64,000 nt of DNA from Octopus sinensis (lineage: Eukaryota), in contig NW_021833075.1 in the NCBI RefSeq assembly GCF_006345805.1, positions 1 to 64,000 of the forward strand, given 5' to 3'. Positions 37,911-51,030 of the stretch are shown piece by piece. The stretch's first letter is position 1. Each line of letters starts with the position of its first letter. A program made the translations under genes and the position numbers. The notes under the pieces are model-generated. The model saw only the letters and a list, made by a program, of their open reading frames with translations, ran no database searches and was not told the origin of the DNA.

Positions 37911-38226
37911 GAAGACACGTGGCTAGACACGTTTTTATAACATGCCTTGTGTTTCCAGCAGTCTTTAGACTCTGATCACAGCTTGTTCTATTTGAAAATC
38001 AGGACACTGGTACATGAGAAAGCGCGAGAGGAAAACGAGAAGAGTGATACCAAAAGTAGAATGAGAAGACAAAAAAGGGAATGAAAATGGAGAAGCAAAG
38101 GAAAGAACAGACAGAAATTTGGGGTTACGTAGAAGTCAGAATTAACCTGTTGTTGTAGAATGGTTCAACGAAGATTGCTTAGAGACACAAGGCACGTTAT
38201 AAAAACCTGTCTAGATACGTGTCTCC
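37911..38226. mobile_element. Old MITE-like element with ~55-bp imperfect inverted termini
   Basis: 37911-37965 (agacacgtggctagacacgtttttataacatgccttgtgt) pairs with 38171-38226. Confidence 0.65.
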
Positions 38227-38339
38227 TCGACAAGAAACTATTAGTAGCTCTTATTTTAATATATTGTACAGTAAATGATAAATATATATTACGTATATGT
38301 ATACATACCAGTCTGTGTGTTCGTGTGTGTCTGTTTGTC

Positions 38340-38352
38340 TATCTATCTATCA

Positions 38353-38443
<91 letters not shown>

Positions 38444-38447
38444 CATC

Positions 38448-38518
<71 letters not shown>

Positions 38519-38530
38519 AATCTACCTATA
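38340..38530. repeat. (TATC)n microsatellite
   Basis: Direct reading; source of the SIYL-repeat ORFs. Confidence 0.95.
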
Positions 38531-39350
38531 TAGCAATTTGTGTGAATGTAATTCAACAGACTTATGCACCTCCAGTACTTGAATATGATGGGTTAATGTT
38601 AACTAGGCTATTACATATTAAATTACACAACTAAGCGTACGTAGCAAATAGTTATACAGTGTATGTAACTATACTGTATATAGTAATGCAAAATACATAA
38701 TCACTTTATAAGGTGGTGATATTAAACGTGTGTTGGTATTATACTGCAGAATATTCTGTTCAGAGAAGTTATGGCTTTAAGACAGAATATTATTTTCTGG
38801 AGATAAATATTTTGTGTGAACAACCACAACAGTTTTATAATAACCTGCTTCGTAATATGTCCTGGAGGTGAATTATATTTTCCTCTATCTCACAGAAGTA
38901 GGTCATATATACATGTACACGGTTTTAAATTACATTATATTTTGGAGAATTTTCATAAGTCCCATATTATAGTAGATGAATGATTTTTGTTGTTGTTATT
39001 ATAGTATTTTCAGGCGGATTTGGGCAAGATTTCCACGTGTATCAGTTACTAATATATTTAATCCCTCTAGACTACGTGTAACCTATTAATCTAAGGTGCA
39101 GATGAGGAAACTAAATCGTTGTTTTGCTTTCGTGGATATGCTCTCATTGTTTTGATAACAGCATTTTTGCCGTCTGCTGGGTTTTTAATTTCGACTAGAG
39201 TCACTTCTAGTAAACTTTGCAAAAACTGTATTTTTGAATTACTTCACGAACTCCCTATATTTTTCTGGTATTTGGTTATTTTTTTTCCTTAAAAAAATTA
39301 TCGAAGAACAGAATTAATGGCGCTATTCTGGCCAGGATAATTTATTCTAA

Positions 39351-39744
39351 TCTTTATATATAAAACTGTAGTTGTGTGAGTGTCTGTCCCCTTCGATTTA
39401 GATTCCTAACTACTCCCACATTTTGCGGTGCAGTTTAACCAAAACCGGGTATATTATAGTCGTGATTCATATCGAGCCCTTCTGGGTATTAGCATTTGTC
39501 TACGATGAGTCTACGATTTTAAAAATAATTTACCATCATTTTTTTCCATTTTCATGCATATTTTTTTTAAAGGGAACTAACTCTCTAAAAATGTCTACGA
39601 TGAGTCAACGATTTAAAAAAAATTTACCATCATATTTTTTCCATTTTTAATGCATTTTTTTGCTATTTTTTGGCTATAACTCTCTAAAAATGCTGTATAG
39701 TTATTTCCCTTACAAACCCGAGCAACGCCGGGCGATACTGCTAG
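39351..39744 (+). mobile_element. Non-autonomous Helitron
   Basis: A|TC 5' end (tctttatatataaaac), 3' GC hairpin cccgagcaacgccggg followed by CTAG|T, no TSD, and an internal ~90-bp duplication. Confidence 0.88.
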
Positions 39745-40204
39745 TATCTTTTAAAATAACATGTCCATTTAAAATTTACTGCTTTTTAAACAACCAAGAA
39801 CTGGTATTGTATCCAAAATAAAAATATAATTTGACATATATTCAATCGTATAGATTTCGAAGGAGTAATGTATGTTTTAAGAATTACATTAAAAATAATA
39901 AGTGAATAATAATTAAATTAACAGTTATCAGACGAAGAGTCTGACAGAATAAGAAGCAATAGACATAAATTAGTTTTTCCTAATTATTTTACATTTCAGT
40001 TATTCTACTCTGCACTCAAATGTATTTCTGTATATATTCGCTGGCAACAGCTGCCTTCAAATTCGTCTTCGTTACTCCAATATTTTTCTTAGGTGTCAAA
40101 GGTTTCTATGTTCATCTCGCAGTTTCTTTTTCATTCTATACGGTAAATAACAAAGGTTGAGAAAGCAAATAAGCACGTCGTAACTTCGAGAATAACAGAT
40201 TTCT

Positions 40205-40245
40205 CTACAACAACAACAACAACAGTAGTAGTAGTAGTGGTAGTG

Positions 40246-40311
<66 letters not shown>

Positions 40312-40383
40312 TTAGTGGTAGTAGTAGTAGTAGTAGTAGTAATAATAATAATAATAATAATAATGATAATAATGATAATGATG

Positions 40384-40437
<54 letters not shown>

Positions 40438-40485
40438 GTAATAATAATAATGATAATGATAATAATAATGTTGATAATAATAATA
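40205..40485. repeat. Compound (CAA)/(GTA)/(TAA)n microsatellite
   Basis: Direct reading. Confidence 0.95.
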
Positions 40486-40903
40486 AAGGAAAGAAGAAAC
40501 AGTTGAAATATTGCCAAGATACATCGAAAAAATGATAAATAGTATGAAAACCAACAACAGTTTGCAAGCGATAAGAATACCTGTAGCTAGTAAAACAAGA
40601 AAGGAAAGAAGTAAAAAAACAATAATTGTAAATTAATGTCAGTTGTAGTAATTACAACAACCGCAAAAACAGTGACAATAAAAAAGATGTAAGAAGCAAC
40701 GATCTGTCTCATAGTTTTATCAAAATTGCTAATATAACGCATGTTTAAGCACTGTATATTATACCCCATATTCTGTACAATAACAATTTCTTAAGTTGTG
40801 ATAAAGGCAAAAGCTCAAATCTTTCAAGACATACATATACACGGATAGTCTTATAAAACAGAAGGATATACACAGATTTCACACAGGTTTAAATCCCCAC
40901 CAC

Positions 40904-40944
<41 letters not shown>

Positions 40945-41197
40945 AGAGAGAGAGAAAGAAAGAGAACTAGAAACAGACAGAATGAGAGGGGAGGGAAAGG
41001 GGATAGAGATGCGCACAAAATGTATGCCTCAATATGTGTACGTTTTCTTTATTTATTGGAAACCTCTAAGTAATCGTGGCAGTTTGTTGTTAACGATCTG
41101 TCTTCAGTTAAAATAATAAGATGTTTGTCGTTTGTCGAAGGAGAGTAGTTTCATCATTGCCACTTTAGTCTCCCACTGTTTCGTCTATCATTGCAAC

Positions 41198-41236
<39 letters not shown>

Positions 41237-42696
41237 TGTTTGTTTTCTAATTTTCTTTCATGCCAATCTACACAGAACTAATTTTATCATTCTTTTCTTT
41301 CACACTTTTTTCTATTTATCTCTTTCTCACATCTTTTCTTCACACCTTCCTTCCCTCAATACAAGTTGCATTCTTATTTTTTTTGTTGTTTTATCAAAAA
41401 AACAAATATATATTCTTCGTTTACTTTTCCTTTTACTTGTTTTCGTCTTCAATTTCCCCCTTTGGTCTTAAGAGCCAACTTTTGCTCTCTGATATCCAAC
41501 TAGAAAACACAATACACTTACGCAATAATCAGTTCATTTCCTGTCGAGTTTGTTTGTTTTGTATTACATGTTATTTGTTTTCATTTCATGGAATGGAGCA
41601 TTCAACGTATTTGATGAGGCATGCACTTTTACATAATTATACTTTAAAATAATAAATTTATCACAGAATGCATTGGGAATTTATTTCAAAGGAAAATTGT
41701 TAAACGGCATACTTCAAAGATGTAAAAGATAAATTTATTAACCGCTAGGTAAACATGTCTGAAAGATCCGCTCCTTTTGAAAAAGAGCATCTGAAATCTA
41801 TTGCTTCTGAGAAAAAGAAGGGTTGGCGAATTATTGCTCTTGAATTAACTTCAGACTTATTTCTTTCCCTGTCCTGAGAGAGTGTTATTAGATACCCAGG
41901 AGATCATAGGCTCTGTTCCAAGAGGTTTTTTAGCTCAGACTTAGGTAAAAAATATATATTAGAGGGAGTGTATAAGAGGGAGCTAACATTTTCCATGAGT
42001 TATAGGTTGATTTTAACAGAAATAATATGCATTCGGAGGATTCATCAAAACCTTTTTACTTTAAAGGTAAAAGACTGATTTTTTTCAGCTTGATTCCGAA
42101 ATAAATGCTAATTGTAATCAAATATTACATTAACATTAATCTCACCCTATGACTTCTTTATGACAATAAAACACACCAGACGCAACTAAATACATAAATC
42201 AGAATAAGGCTGCTAGTACTGTTGGCTTCAAGTTTTTGGTGGAACATTTTATTTGGAAATGGTAATCTAAATTGAATAGTCCAGAAAATTAGTATCATAA
42301 AGGAATATATTTGCCAAAATGAGGCAAACAAGATTAAAATATGTACCGCATGTACCCATACTTATCCATGACAGAATCTTATACGAAACTTCTGAAATGT
42401 TTATTTGTTAAACTAAGTGTTTATTTGATTTGTAGAAAAATTAGTCTCATTAATTATGTATATGAATGTGAAAGTAGAGGAGTGGCAGAAACTGTAAAAT
42501 GTCTAAAAGCCTTGCAGAGTCAAATTACAGATATTTCACGTTCTCAGATCATACCATGACTTTGCTTTTCATTCTTTCAGCGAATGATAAAATATATACA
42601 TCATGTTCAATTCTATTGTACTTTCCTTACAAAGACTAAGTTCTTGGCACATTTGTACTTTTCTGTTAATGCTGGAAAATCATTACGTGTGTGAGC

Positions 42697-42762
<66 letters not shown>

Positions 42763-42764
<2 letters not shown>

Positions 42765-43658
42765 AGGGCTCATCAATAAGTATCCAGACTGTTGCCATAG
42801 TAACGAAGCTAAAGCACGCAGAGTGAAGCCGCTTGACACAGATTAACCTTGAACTCTGCTATGCAAGCAAACACAGTTTTAACGTTCTAGCTCACTGTTT
42901 ACAGCAGTTCTTCGAAGGAAGGTGTGCAGCGTGTGATTGTGGTATTGACCATGACACAGAAAGTTGTTATGGCGATACCTGCTCAGAGGCCTACGCAAAG
43001 TTTTAGAAAGTGTATGGAGAAGAGTGTATGTGACGCACACATGTGTGTGAGTGGTTCAGACGTTTCCAAGATAGCCGAATAAATGTCGATATTGATGAAC
43101 GTTCTGGGAGACCCGCTACCAGCAGAACTGAGAAAAACATCGCAGATGTGCCTGCAACTGTGAGGAGAAATCGTTGAATTACCACCCGTGGGTTATCAGA
43201 AGATGTGCAGATTAGTTACAGTTCAGTTCAGTCCATTATCACTGAAGACTTGGGTATGAGACGCGTGTCTGCCAAGTTTTGCCAAAATTCCTTTCAGCTG
43301 ACCAAAAAGACACTCGGGTTTCAGTTGCACACGGTCTTGATTCTGTCGAGAACAAGGAAAATTTTTTTGAAAACTTAGCGTTGGCCTCTGAGCATGTGTC
43401 GCCAAGCTTTTGTCAAAATTTGATGCAGATTCTCTGCTCAACTTTCTCTGTCATGGCCACTGAGACGATCACACGCTACACACCTTACTTTCAAGCACTG
43501 CAGTAAACAGAACGTTAAAACTTAGTGCGCATGCACAGCAGAGTTGAAGGTTATTCTGTGCCAAGCGGTTTTACTCTGCGTGCTTTAGCTTCGTTACTTG
43601 CGTGCTTTAGCTTCGTTACTATGACAACAGTCCGGAAAACCTTTTTGATCAGCCCTCG
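42763..43658 (+). mobile_element. Non-autonomous mariner derivative with long (~140-bp) imperfect TIRs, inserted in (TA)n
   Basis: Termini caagggctcatcaataag and ctttttgatcagccctcg-TA. Internal EWFRRFQDSRINVDIDERSGRPATSRT...ITEDLGMRRVSAKF (HTH region). The DDE domain is deleted. A 22-bp tandem duplication lies at 43577-43620. Confidence 0.88.
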
Positions 43659-43690
<32 letters not shown>

Positions 43691-43772
43691 TGTATGTATG
43701 TATGTATGTATGTATGTATGTATGTATGTATTTATTTATGTATGTATGTATGTATGTATGTATGTATGTATG

Positions 43773-43856
<84 letters not shown>

Positions 43857-43891
43857 GTATATACATATATATATATCTATATATGTATATG

Positions 43892-43941
<50 letters not shown>

Positions 43942-43984
43942 CATACATACATACATACATAAATACATACATATATATATATAG
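43659..43984. repeat. (TATG)n/(TA)n microsatellite
   Basis: Direct reading. Confidence 0.95.
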
Positions 43985-46900
43985 ACATGAGATAACACAG
44001 TAGTGTTTAGTTAAATGCTCTGGAGCATTTACTTTTGGGACTCCCATTTTGAGTTTTAGCTGCGCAAAGGTAGCCTTTGTTCTTCAGAATGTAGAAGTCC
44101 TGAAATTCTATTTTTTGCTTACGTTCTTCGGAAATCTACTTTCCATTTTATTTATCGAGTATTGATAAAATAAGTACCTGCTCCAGCCACATATTGGTGT
44201 TGATTCAATCAACCATATTCAGTTCTTTGATCACAAAATTTTTGTTTTGTGTATTCTTTTTTGATGATTAGCATCGCCTAAAAATGAAATACACGGACAT
44301 TTATGCAACATATTTTTATGGTCGATATATTCGTCCGTAAAATCAAACAATGATATAAAAAAAAAACCGTTACTGTTGCTAAAATTTTCTTCTCATATAA
44401 CTTCTGATAACACTCAACACTAGAAGAAGGTAGGAGTAAGTAACCGGGTCAGTTGTTGCTGTTGCTCTAACGCTTGCTTGAAGCAAGTTTGGAAGCATAG
44501 AAATAAATCAAATATTCATGAATGACAGTGTTGAATTACAGTAGTTGCTATTGTTTGACCTGATTTGGTAGAAATATATAAGGTATTTCAGTCGTAATCT
44601 CTATGGCTGTATATGGGTCTGCAGGAGTACATTATCAAATTTAGCCTTTCTTATATAAGTGCAAGGGTTTTGATTTGAGGGAGATTTAGTTGTTATTTCT
44701 ACGAGATCAAACGACCAAGTAGATGCTCTCCATTTGGCACGTGGACAATTTTAGCGTTATGCTACTTTGCAATGCAGAAGTGTCTGTAAAGCAGTTAAGT
44801 GTAGAATAAGTGTATATAGAGAAACGGAATCCGGAAATTTAAAGCCGTATTTATAATTGCCTCAATTGCTTCAAATAATATCACAGTTCTAAATTGACCA
44901 TTAAAACTATCCTTTTTGTAGAAATTCACTGCTTCCATACGGCAACACATTGTGGAACCTAGCATCAAAGCTAAATTATTTCTGCTACTTCGACGATGTA
45001 TTTTTCTTCATATGGTAGGTGCAGCTACTAGCTCGACATGTGCATATCAAGAACCTTAGTGTCATGATTACACACACATTCACACATGCATATACACACA
45101 TACTCATGCACACACACTATCATTGCTCTTTCTCTTTATACATCCATGCGTACATAAATAAAAACATACACACACATACACACTACAAAACATTGACTCA
45201 AAGTTGTGAAAGCAAAATAAAAATATCCTTTTCCTTTTGGTAACCAAAACTAAGAACAAGCTGATATGTAATGAAATATCAATATACAATTCCGTTTCGG
45301 AAAACGGAAGTAAGAGTCGTAATTAGTCCAATTGATTCTCCGATTACAAATGTCAGTCTGTTAATGTAGTAATAGTAGCTTCTGCTAGTTTTCTTTCTCT
45401 CTTTTTTTCTTTTACTGTTTAGAAATATATAGGGCGTAGTTATTGGGTTTGTTTGACTCGGCAGAAAAGTCCTCTAAACCAAGAGAGCAGGAGGAGGGCA
45501 AATTTGCAGCATTTATGCTTTCTGAAATGAATTAGCTACGTCAAAAAGGCTAAGTGGTTCAGGTAAAATAGAAATCACGTCGCAGGTTCGAACGGGAGAG
45601 ATTATAGGATATCTATCAGCGTCGTGTTCGCGTAGCGCCTCTGAATTATATTTCAATTAACTCCGATTAGCCGCAAATGCAACGAGATTAAGATTCCTGT
45701 AAGAAACACATTTCACTTCTCTAGTGTAAGTAATGTTCCTGAAAAAAAGTATAGACATCATAGTTTTTCATTTGCTTATTTCATAAAATATAACGTCGTC
45801 CGGTGTTTTTATAATTGTTTAGTCACAAGAGGAAGAGTAGCATCCCTAGCTTTTCTCAAGACTCCCGAGTTTGTCAGCGAGGAAGTTTTCTTGATATCGG
45901 AGGCCCTGTTCAAATGTTTGCAACAAAGTTCACTCTTCAAAAGGTACCATTGGCCACGTAGTAATGTCAACATTAAGACTATCGCCCAAAAACATTAACG
46001 TTTTCTGCGAGTGATTCCACCACCAAATTTCATTCATTATCACCGCTTACACGGTGACTCTATGCACAGATTAAATATTAAGGATATTTACTTAATGTTG
46101 GCTTACTATTTAGAGATTTTTTAAAGATCAGTTTTGATAATTTTGGAGTGATTTGAAATAATGTAGAGTTACAGATCTTGGTTCATACATGTTCTCTTCA
46201 TTTCAAGCGAGACTTTACTAAAAGCATTTTGAAAAATTTATTCATTTTTTAGACAGGCCTGCTGAATGTTGGATTTTTCTTCATTCATATATAGGGCCTG
46301 TTTTTGAGACGAAACCTAAGGTGGCATACACATAAATAGTTATGTTATAGTCATAAATAAATAAAATTTCACTCGTCATATGAACTGAGTTCTCTCAATA
46401 TTCAGTAATTCATATAACTCGATGAAAACGCACAGACACAAACACGCGCACTCCACAACACGTTTAGACTTGCAAAAGGAGTAAAATGTAGTAAATATAG
46501 CAAAATTCACCCCATTATGGATATTTATTGATGGTTGTTGGCGTGTCCTCCTTATAATATCACCACCATTTTACCAGTACTATTTAGAATATACAGATAT
46601 AATAGAATATACTTAACTCGTTTGTGGATATGGTAATAATGTTACTCATGTTTCTTAACGATTTTTCTTGCTAGTTGTGAGGAAAATTCATTTTTTCTAT
46701 ATCTTTATAATTGTTATCCTTAACAGAGTGCTATAATGTTTTAAGGTTTGTTCTACTTGGTTGCGTAATATGGAGGGACATCTTTCGGCAACAGTTATGA
46801 GGCCTATAAATCATAACCTGGAAAGAATACGATTCTGACATTGTATACTCTACATCTGAATTAATTTCTGATTCCAAAATACTGATATTCCTCTGATATC

Positions 46901-48037
46901 CGCCTCTTGTTTTTCAATAAGTATCCGCCATCCTTATTCTATAACGAGTAAAAGAAGAGACAAGCTAGTCATCAAATGGCAATACTATTTTACATGTTAA
47001 CCTATCACAGAAAATTGCATACAATTATAACAAGGTGTAAATAATCAGCCTCTTATTGTTTATTAATATCTATGAATCAGTTTAAGGTATCATTATGCTT
47101 CTGCCCCCATCAGTAAATGTGGAATTGACATCACTTCTACTTTTGTTGTTGCTACAGTTTGGCCATAGGCCAGCCCTTATCCAGCAAACCACTTATCAAA
47201 GCATTCTAGCCGAACCCACTTATCGTTTATTCATAATGTATATTTAGGAGCTTGATATGTTCTTTTTAAAGACTGCTCAACTTGATTTGGGAAAGATTTG
47301 GCTGCCATTTTAGCATGTAGAGTAAACACATAGTGACTCCTTGTTGATTTGTCCTACTTCTCGATCGCTAACTCTGGCCGATTATTCGCTACTTTATACA
47401 GAGTTATTTATTTTGCATCGGTTTTTGTTATTCAAAAAGTGGCATTCTTTGCATCTATTTTTAGTGTTCGTTTTTTTTTTCAACTTCAACGCATTCTTAA
47501 GTGAGAGGAAGAAAGAATGATAATTTGTTATTCTTGCATCATTAAGTGTTATGACGATAAACCAGTACCATCAACATTATTTTATCTTACGGAATGAATT
47601 AATTGTTAAACTGATAGATCGGTAGATGGAACGGCAAAATGCCTTGCTTTATTTAATTGCCGTTTTTCTTGTTGTAAATACAAGTCCCACAGGGACTGAT
47701 TTTACCATTCATTCTTCCGAGGTCGAGTAAATATATACCAGTAAAATTATATCTCAGTATAATAGACTGTCTCTCCCATAGACTATGTAGTGTTGTACCG
47801 ATGTTAAAAAAATCACCATGGCCAAGCAACTTCCTATAATACTAGTGGTGGTATACTAAATGGAATAAATCGATCGATCGAAATCCGACATAAAAATGTG
47901 TGCTCTTGTGCTTAATTATTAGAGCAGAATGAACGATGGAAATGTCTGGCTACTATACAACTTTAGACTAAAGGTATCAAATCCATTTTGAATTAAACCT
48001 AGTTAAAATATATCCAAAATAAGGATATATGACTTAC

Positions 48038-48210
48038 AGTAAAGCTTCGAATTGCAATCCTTATGGTATTTACTTTCGGTAATTATTTTTGTTCTAATGT
48101 AGCTGAAAAAGATATTGATATTTCCTTCCTCCAGGATCATTGAAATGTGTTCCTTAAACACACTATGTGGTCCATTCCATTCCCCATACATTTCCTCTAC
48201 AACGATATGG
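48038..48210 (-). CDS. Candidate internal coding exon (173 nt) of an unidentified host gene
   Basis: Acceptor tattttctcacAG, donor T|GTAAGT, 57 stop-free codons HIVVEEMYGEWNGPHSVFKEHISMILEEGNINIFFSYIRTKIITESKYHKDCNSKLY. Non-repetitive. No recognised domain. Confidence 0.55.
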
Positions 48211-49121
48211 CTGTGAGAAAATACCTCAGGGGAGTAGTCTGTACACTAAATGCAGATATGGTAGGGTCTCACTACAAACTTTGGCCTCGTGCCTTGTCAA
48301 TTGAAATAATTATTGGTGGTAGTAATTCCTTGCAGCTGTAAAATGATGTAAAAGCGTCACCTCACAGTTTTCCTGCATTTATATTCGTTATTTTTTTTTA
48401 TGACATCGTTCCTTTTTCTCAGACACGATGCGATATAATAACATACCAGCTCCTTTATCCGCCGGATATGATTAAGTAATTGCGTCTTCATTTCATTTTA
48501 CTTTATTTGTCTTATTATCATCGTCGTTGTTATCGTTAAATATCATTTACAGAATAATGAAATATAAGGTTTTTATTTTATGTTCATCTCTTTAAAGAAT
48601 CTCTGCAACCCACACTCTCAACAAAGTATCATCATTCATTCACCTTCTTCCTCCCCACCACTTACTTACTACCTTATCCCCCGTCCCCACACAAACACAC
48701 GTACGCATACCCGCACACACACTTAAAACGTGCGTAAATTCAAACAGAAGCACTTATGAATCCAAGAGTTAGTGGCAGTACGAAGTGTGAAGTGGAGGTG
48801 ATGGTGGGTACAATCATTGCTTGACACTTTTAAAACACCCCTGTAACCAAAAAGAGACTGACATGCGCTCCCTACTTTATGCAGCTCTTCTTTTTTTACT
48901 ACCTAACAGATTCAAAGATTGTCGGATGAAATTAAAATCTGAAATCATATATAATAGAATTCCTTTCCAAAGGGAAATGCATTTTATGTATTGAGATGTT
49001 TAGAAATTTCAATGAGAAAGTGGGAAATTACTTTTTGTGGGAGGGATTGGTAAGGGGTGTAGTTTAGATCATTATCCAAACGTTATTTTAATTATGATTT
49101 ACCTGCAAAATGTCCGTAAAC

Positions 49122-49285
49122 AGGCGCAGGAGTGGCTGTGTGGTAAGTAGCTTGCTAACCAACCACATGGTTCCGGGTTCAGTCCCACTGCGTGGCATCT
49201 TGGGCAAGTGTCTTCTGCTATAGCCCTGGGCCGACCAATGCCTTGTGAGTGGATTTGGTAGACGGAAACTGAAAGAAGCCTGTCG

Positions 49286-49318
<33 letters not shown>

Positions 49319-49550
49319 CTGTGTTTGTGTGTGTGTATGTGTTTGTGTGTGTGTGTTTGTCCCCCTAGCATTGCTTGACAACCGATGCTGGTGTGTTTAC
49401 GTCCCCATCACTTAGCGGTTCGGCAAAAGAGACCGATAGAATAAGTACTGGGCTTACAAAAGAATAAGTCCCGGGGTCGAGTTGCTCGATTACAAAAAAA
49501 GGCAGTGCTCAAGCATGGCCGCAATCAAATGACTGAAACAAGCGAAAGAA
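49122..49550 (+). mobile_element. CORE-type SINE family B, full length
   Basis: Nearly identical to 31449-31866. Confidence 0.93.
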
Positions 49551-50034
49551 AAAAACTACAAAGAGAATACTATAACTGTCTCAAGAAAATTTTTTCAGTC
49601 AATATGGTATCGCCTCGTTACAATTTCAAATCTCAGACAAGCTAATGTATGACCTATATCATTCCAATTTTTTATTTTATTCTTTATTTTTTTACTCTTT
49701 TACCACTATCTTATTTTTTATTCCTTTCTCCTATCTCTCTCTCTTTCTCCTCTTTTTCACTCTCGTAACCAACTCACAAACCCATTCATGTCCATCGCAC
49801 TTTCCATATATACATTCACAATATGAATACATCATTCAAAGTACTACCAAAATACTGCCTGGATTTACTTGGGATTTTAACCAAAAACCTGTATCTTCAT
49901 GGAACTACCGACCAACATCCATATCTTCTGGAAAAATATGAGTTGTGGACATTATTCTCCTGCCTATATTCTTCAAACTACTTTTACTCTTTATTCTTCT
50001 CTCTTACTCCTTAATTCTTCTATTTTATACATTA

Positions 50035-50338
50035 CTAGCAGTATCGCCCGGCGTTGCTCGGGTTTGTAAGGGAAATAACTATATAAGCATTTTTAGAGAG
50101 TTACTTCCCTTATATAAACCGAGCAAAAATTGCATTAAAAAAACGAAAAAATGATGGTAATTTTTTTTTAAATCGTAGACTCATCGTAGACACGCGCTAG
50201 TACCCAGAAGGGCTCGATATGAATCACGACTATAAGATACCCGCTTTTGGTTAAACTGCACCGCAAAATGTGGGAGTAGTTAGGAATCTAAATCGGAGGA
50301 GACAGACTCTCACACAACTTCAGTTTTATATATAAAGA
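50035..50338 (-). mobile_element. Non-autonomous Helitron, same family as 39351-39744
   Basis: Reverse complement with A|TC start, hairpin and CTAG|T end. Lacks the internal duplication. Confidence 0.88.
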
Positions 50339-50402
50339 TAAACTGTGAATTTTATTCCTTGTAAACTGTAAGAATTTTCCCTCTCTAAATTATTCACACC
50401 TT

Positions 50403-50478
50403 GTCTCTGATGACAGAACACCCGGTGCATGGACATGCTAACCTACCACTTGGGTTATCCTAGAAACGGTTGTAAGAC
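50403..50478 (+). ncRNA. Hammerhead ribozyme-like motif with long, partly decayed helix II
   Basis: GUCU-CUGAUGA-(49 nt)-GAAA-C-gguu-G-UA/AGAC. Helix I gtct/agac, core and helix III are intact, but the base of helix II is unpaired. Confidence 0.55.
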
Positions 50479-50699
50479 TTCAAATTAAATTAATGCAACT
50501 AACTTGAGCTATTTGTTTTGCCTTGGTTTTGATTTTTCCTCTAAAATAATATACGCCTGCTATAACGGAACTCTAACACAGATCCACAGATGTAGCCTGA
50601 ACAATGATCTTGGAACCTAACGGCCGAATTCTATAGCACTCACCCAGCGTACCTATTCGTTTAGATCACAAGTGAACTAAACCCTTCACATCATTCTGT

Positions 50700-50830
50700 G
50701 TGTGTATATATATATATATATATGCATGTGTGTGTGTATATATATATGTATATGTATATATACATATATATATATATAATATATATATGCATGTGTGTGT
50801 GTATATATATATGTATATGTATATATACAT

Positions 50831-50864
<34 letters not shown>

Positions 50865-51030
50865 CACATAATATATATATACATATATACATACACATAC
50901 ACACATATATGATATATATATACACACACATGTAATACACAAACGCACACACATATATATATACATAAATTCACACATATAATATATATATGTATATACA
51001 CATATAGAATATATATATACAGATACATAC
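50700..51030. repeat. Compound (TA)/(CA)n microsatellite
   Basis: Direct reading. Confidence 0.95.

Noticed and set aside
45823-45943. Plus-strand exon (ttgtttAG ... AAG|GTACCA)
   Set aside because: Two plus-strand frames and one minus-strand frame are all open, the splice sites are mediocre and no motif is recognisable. The evidence is insufficient.
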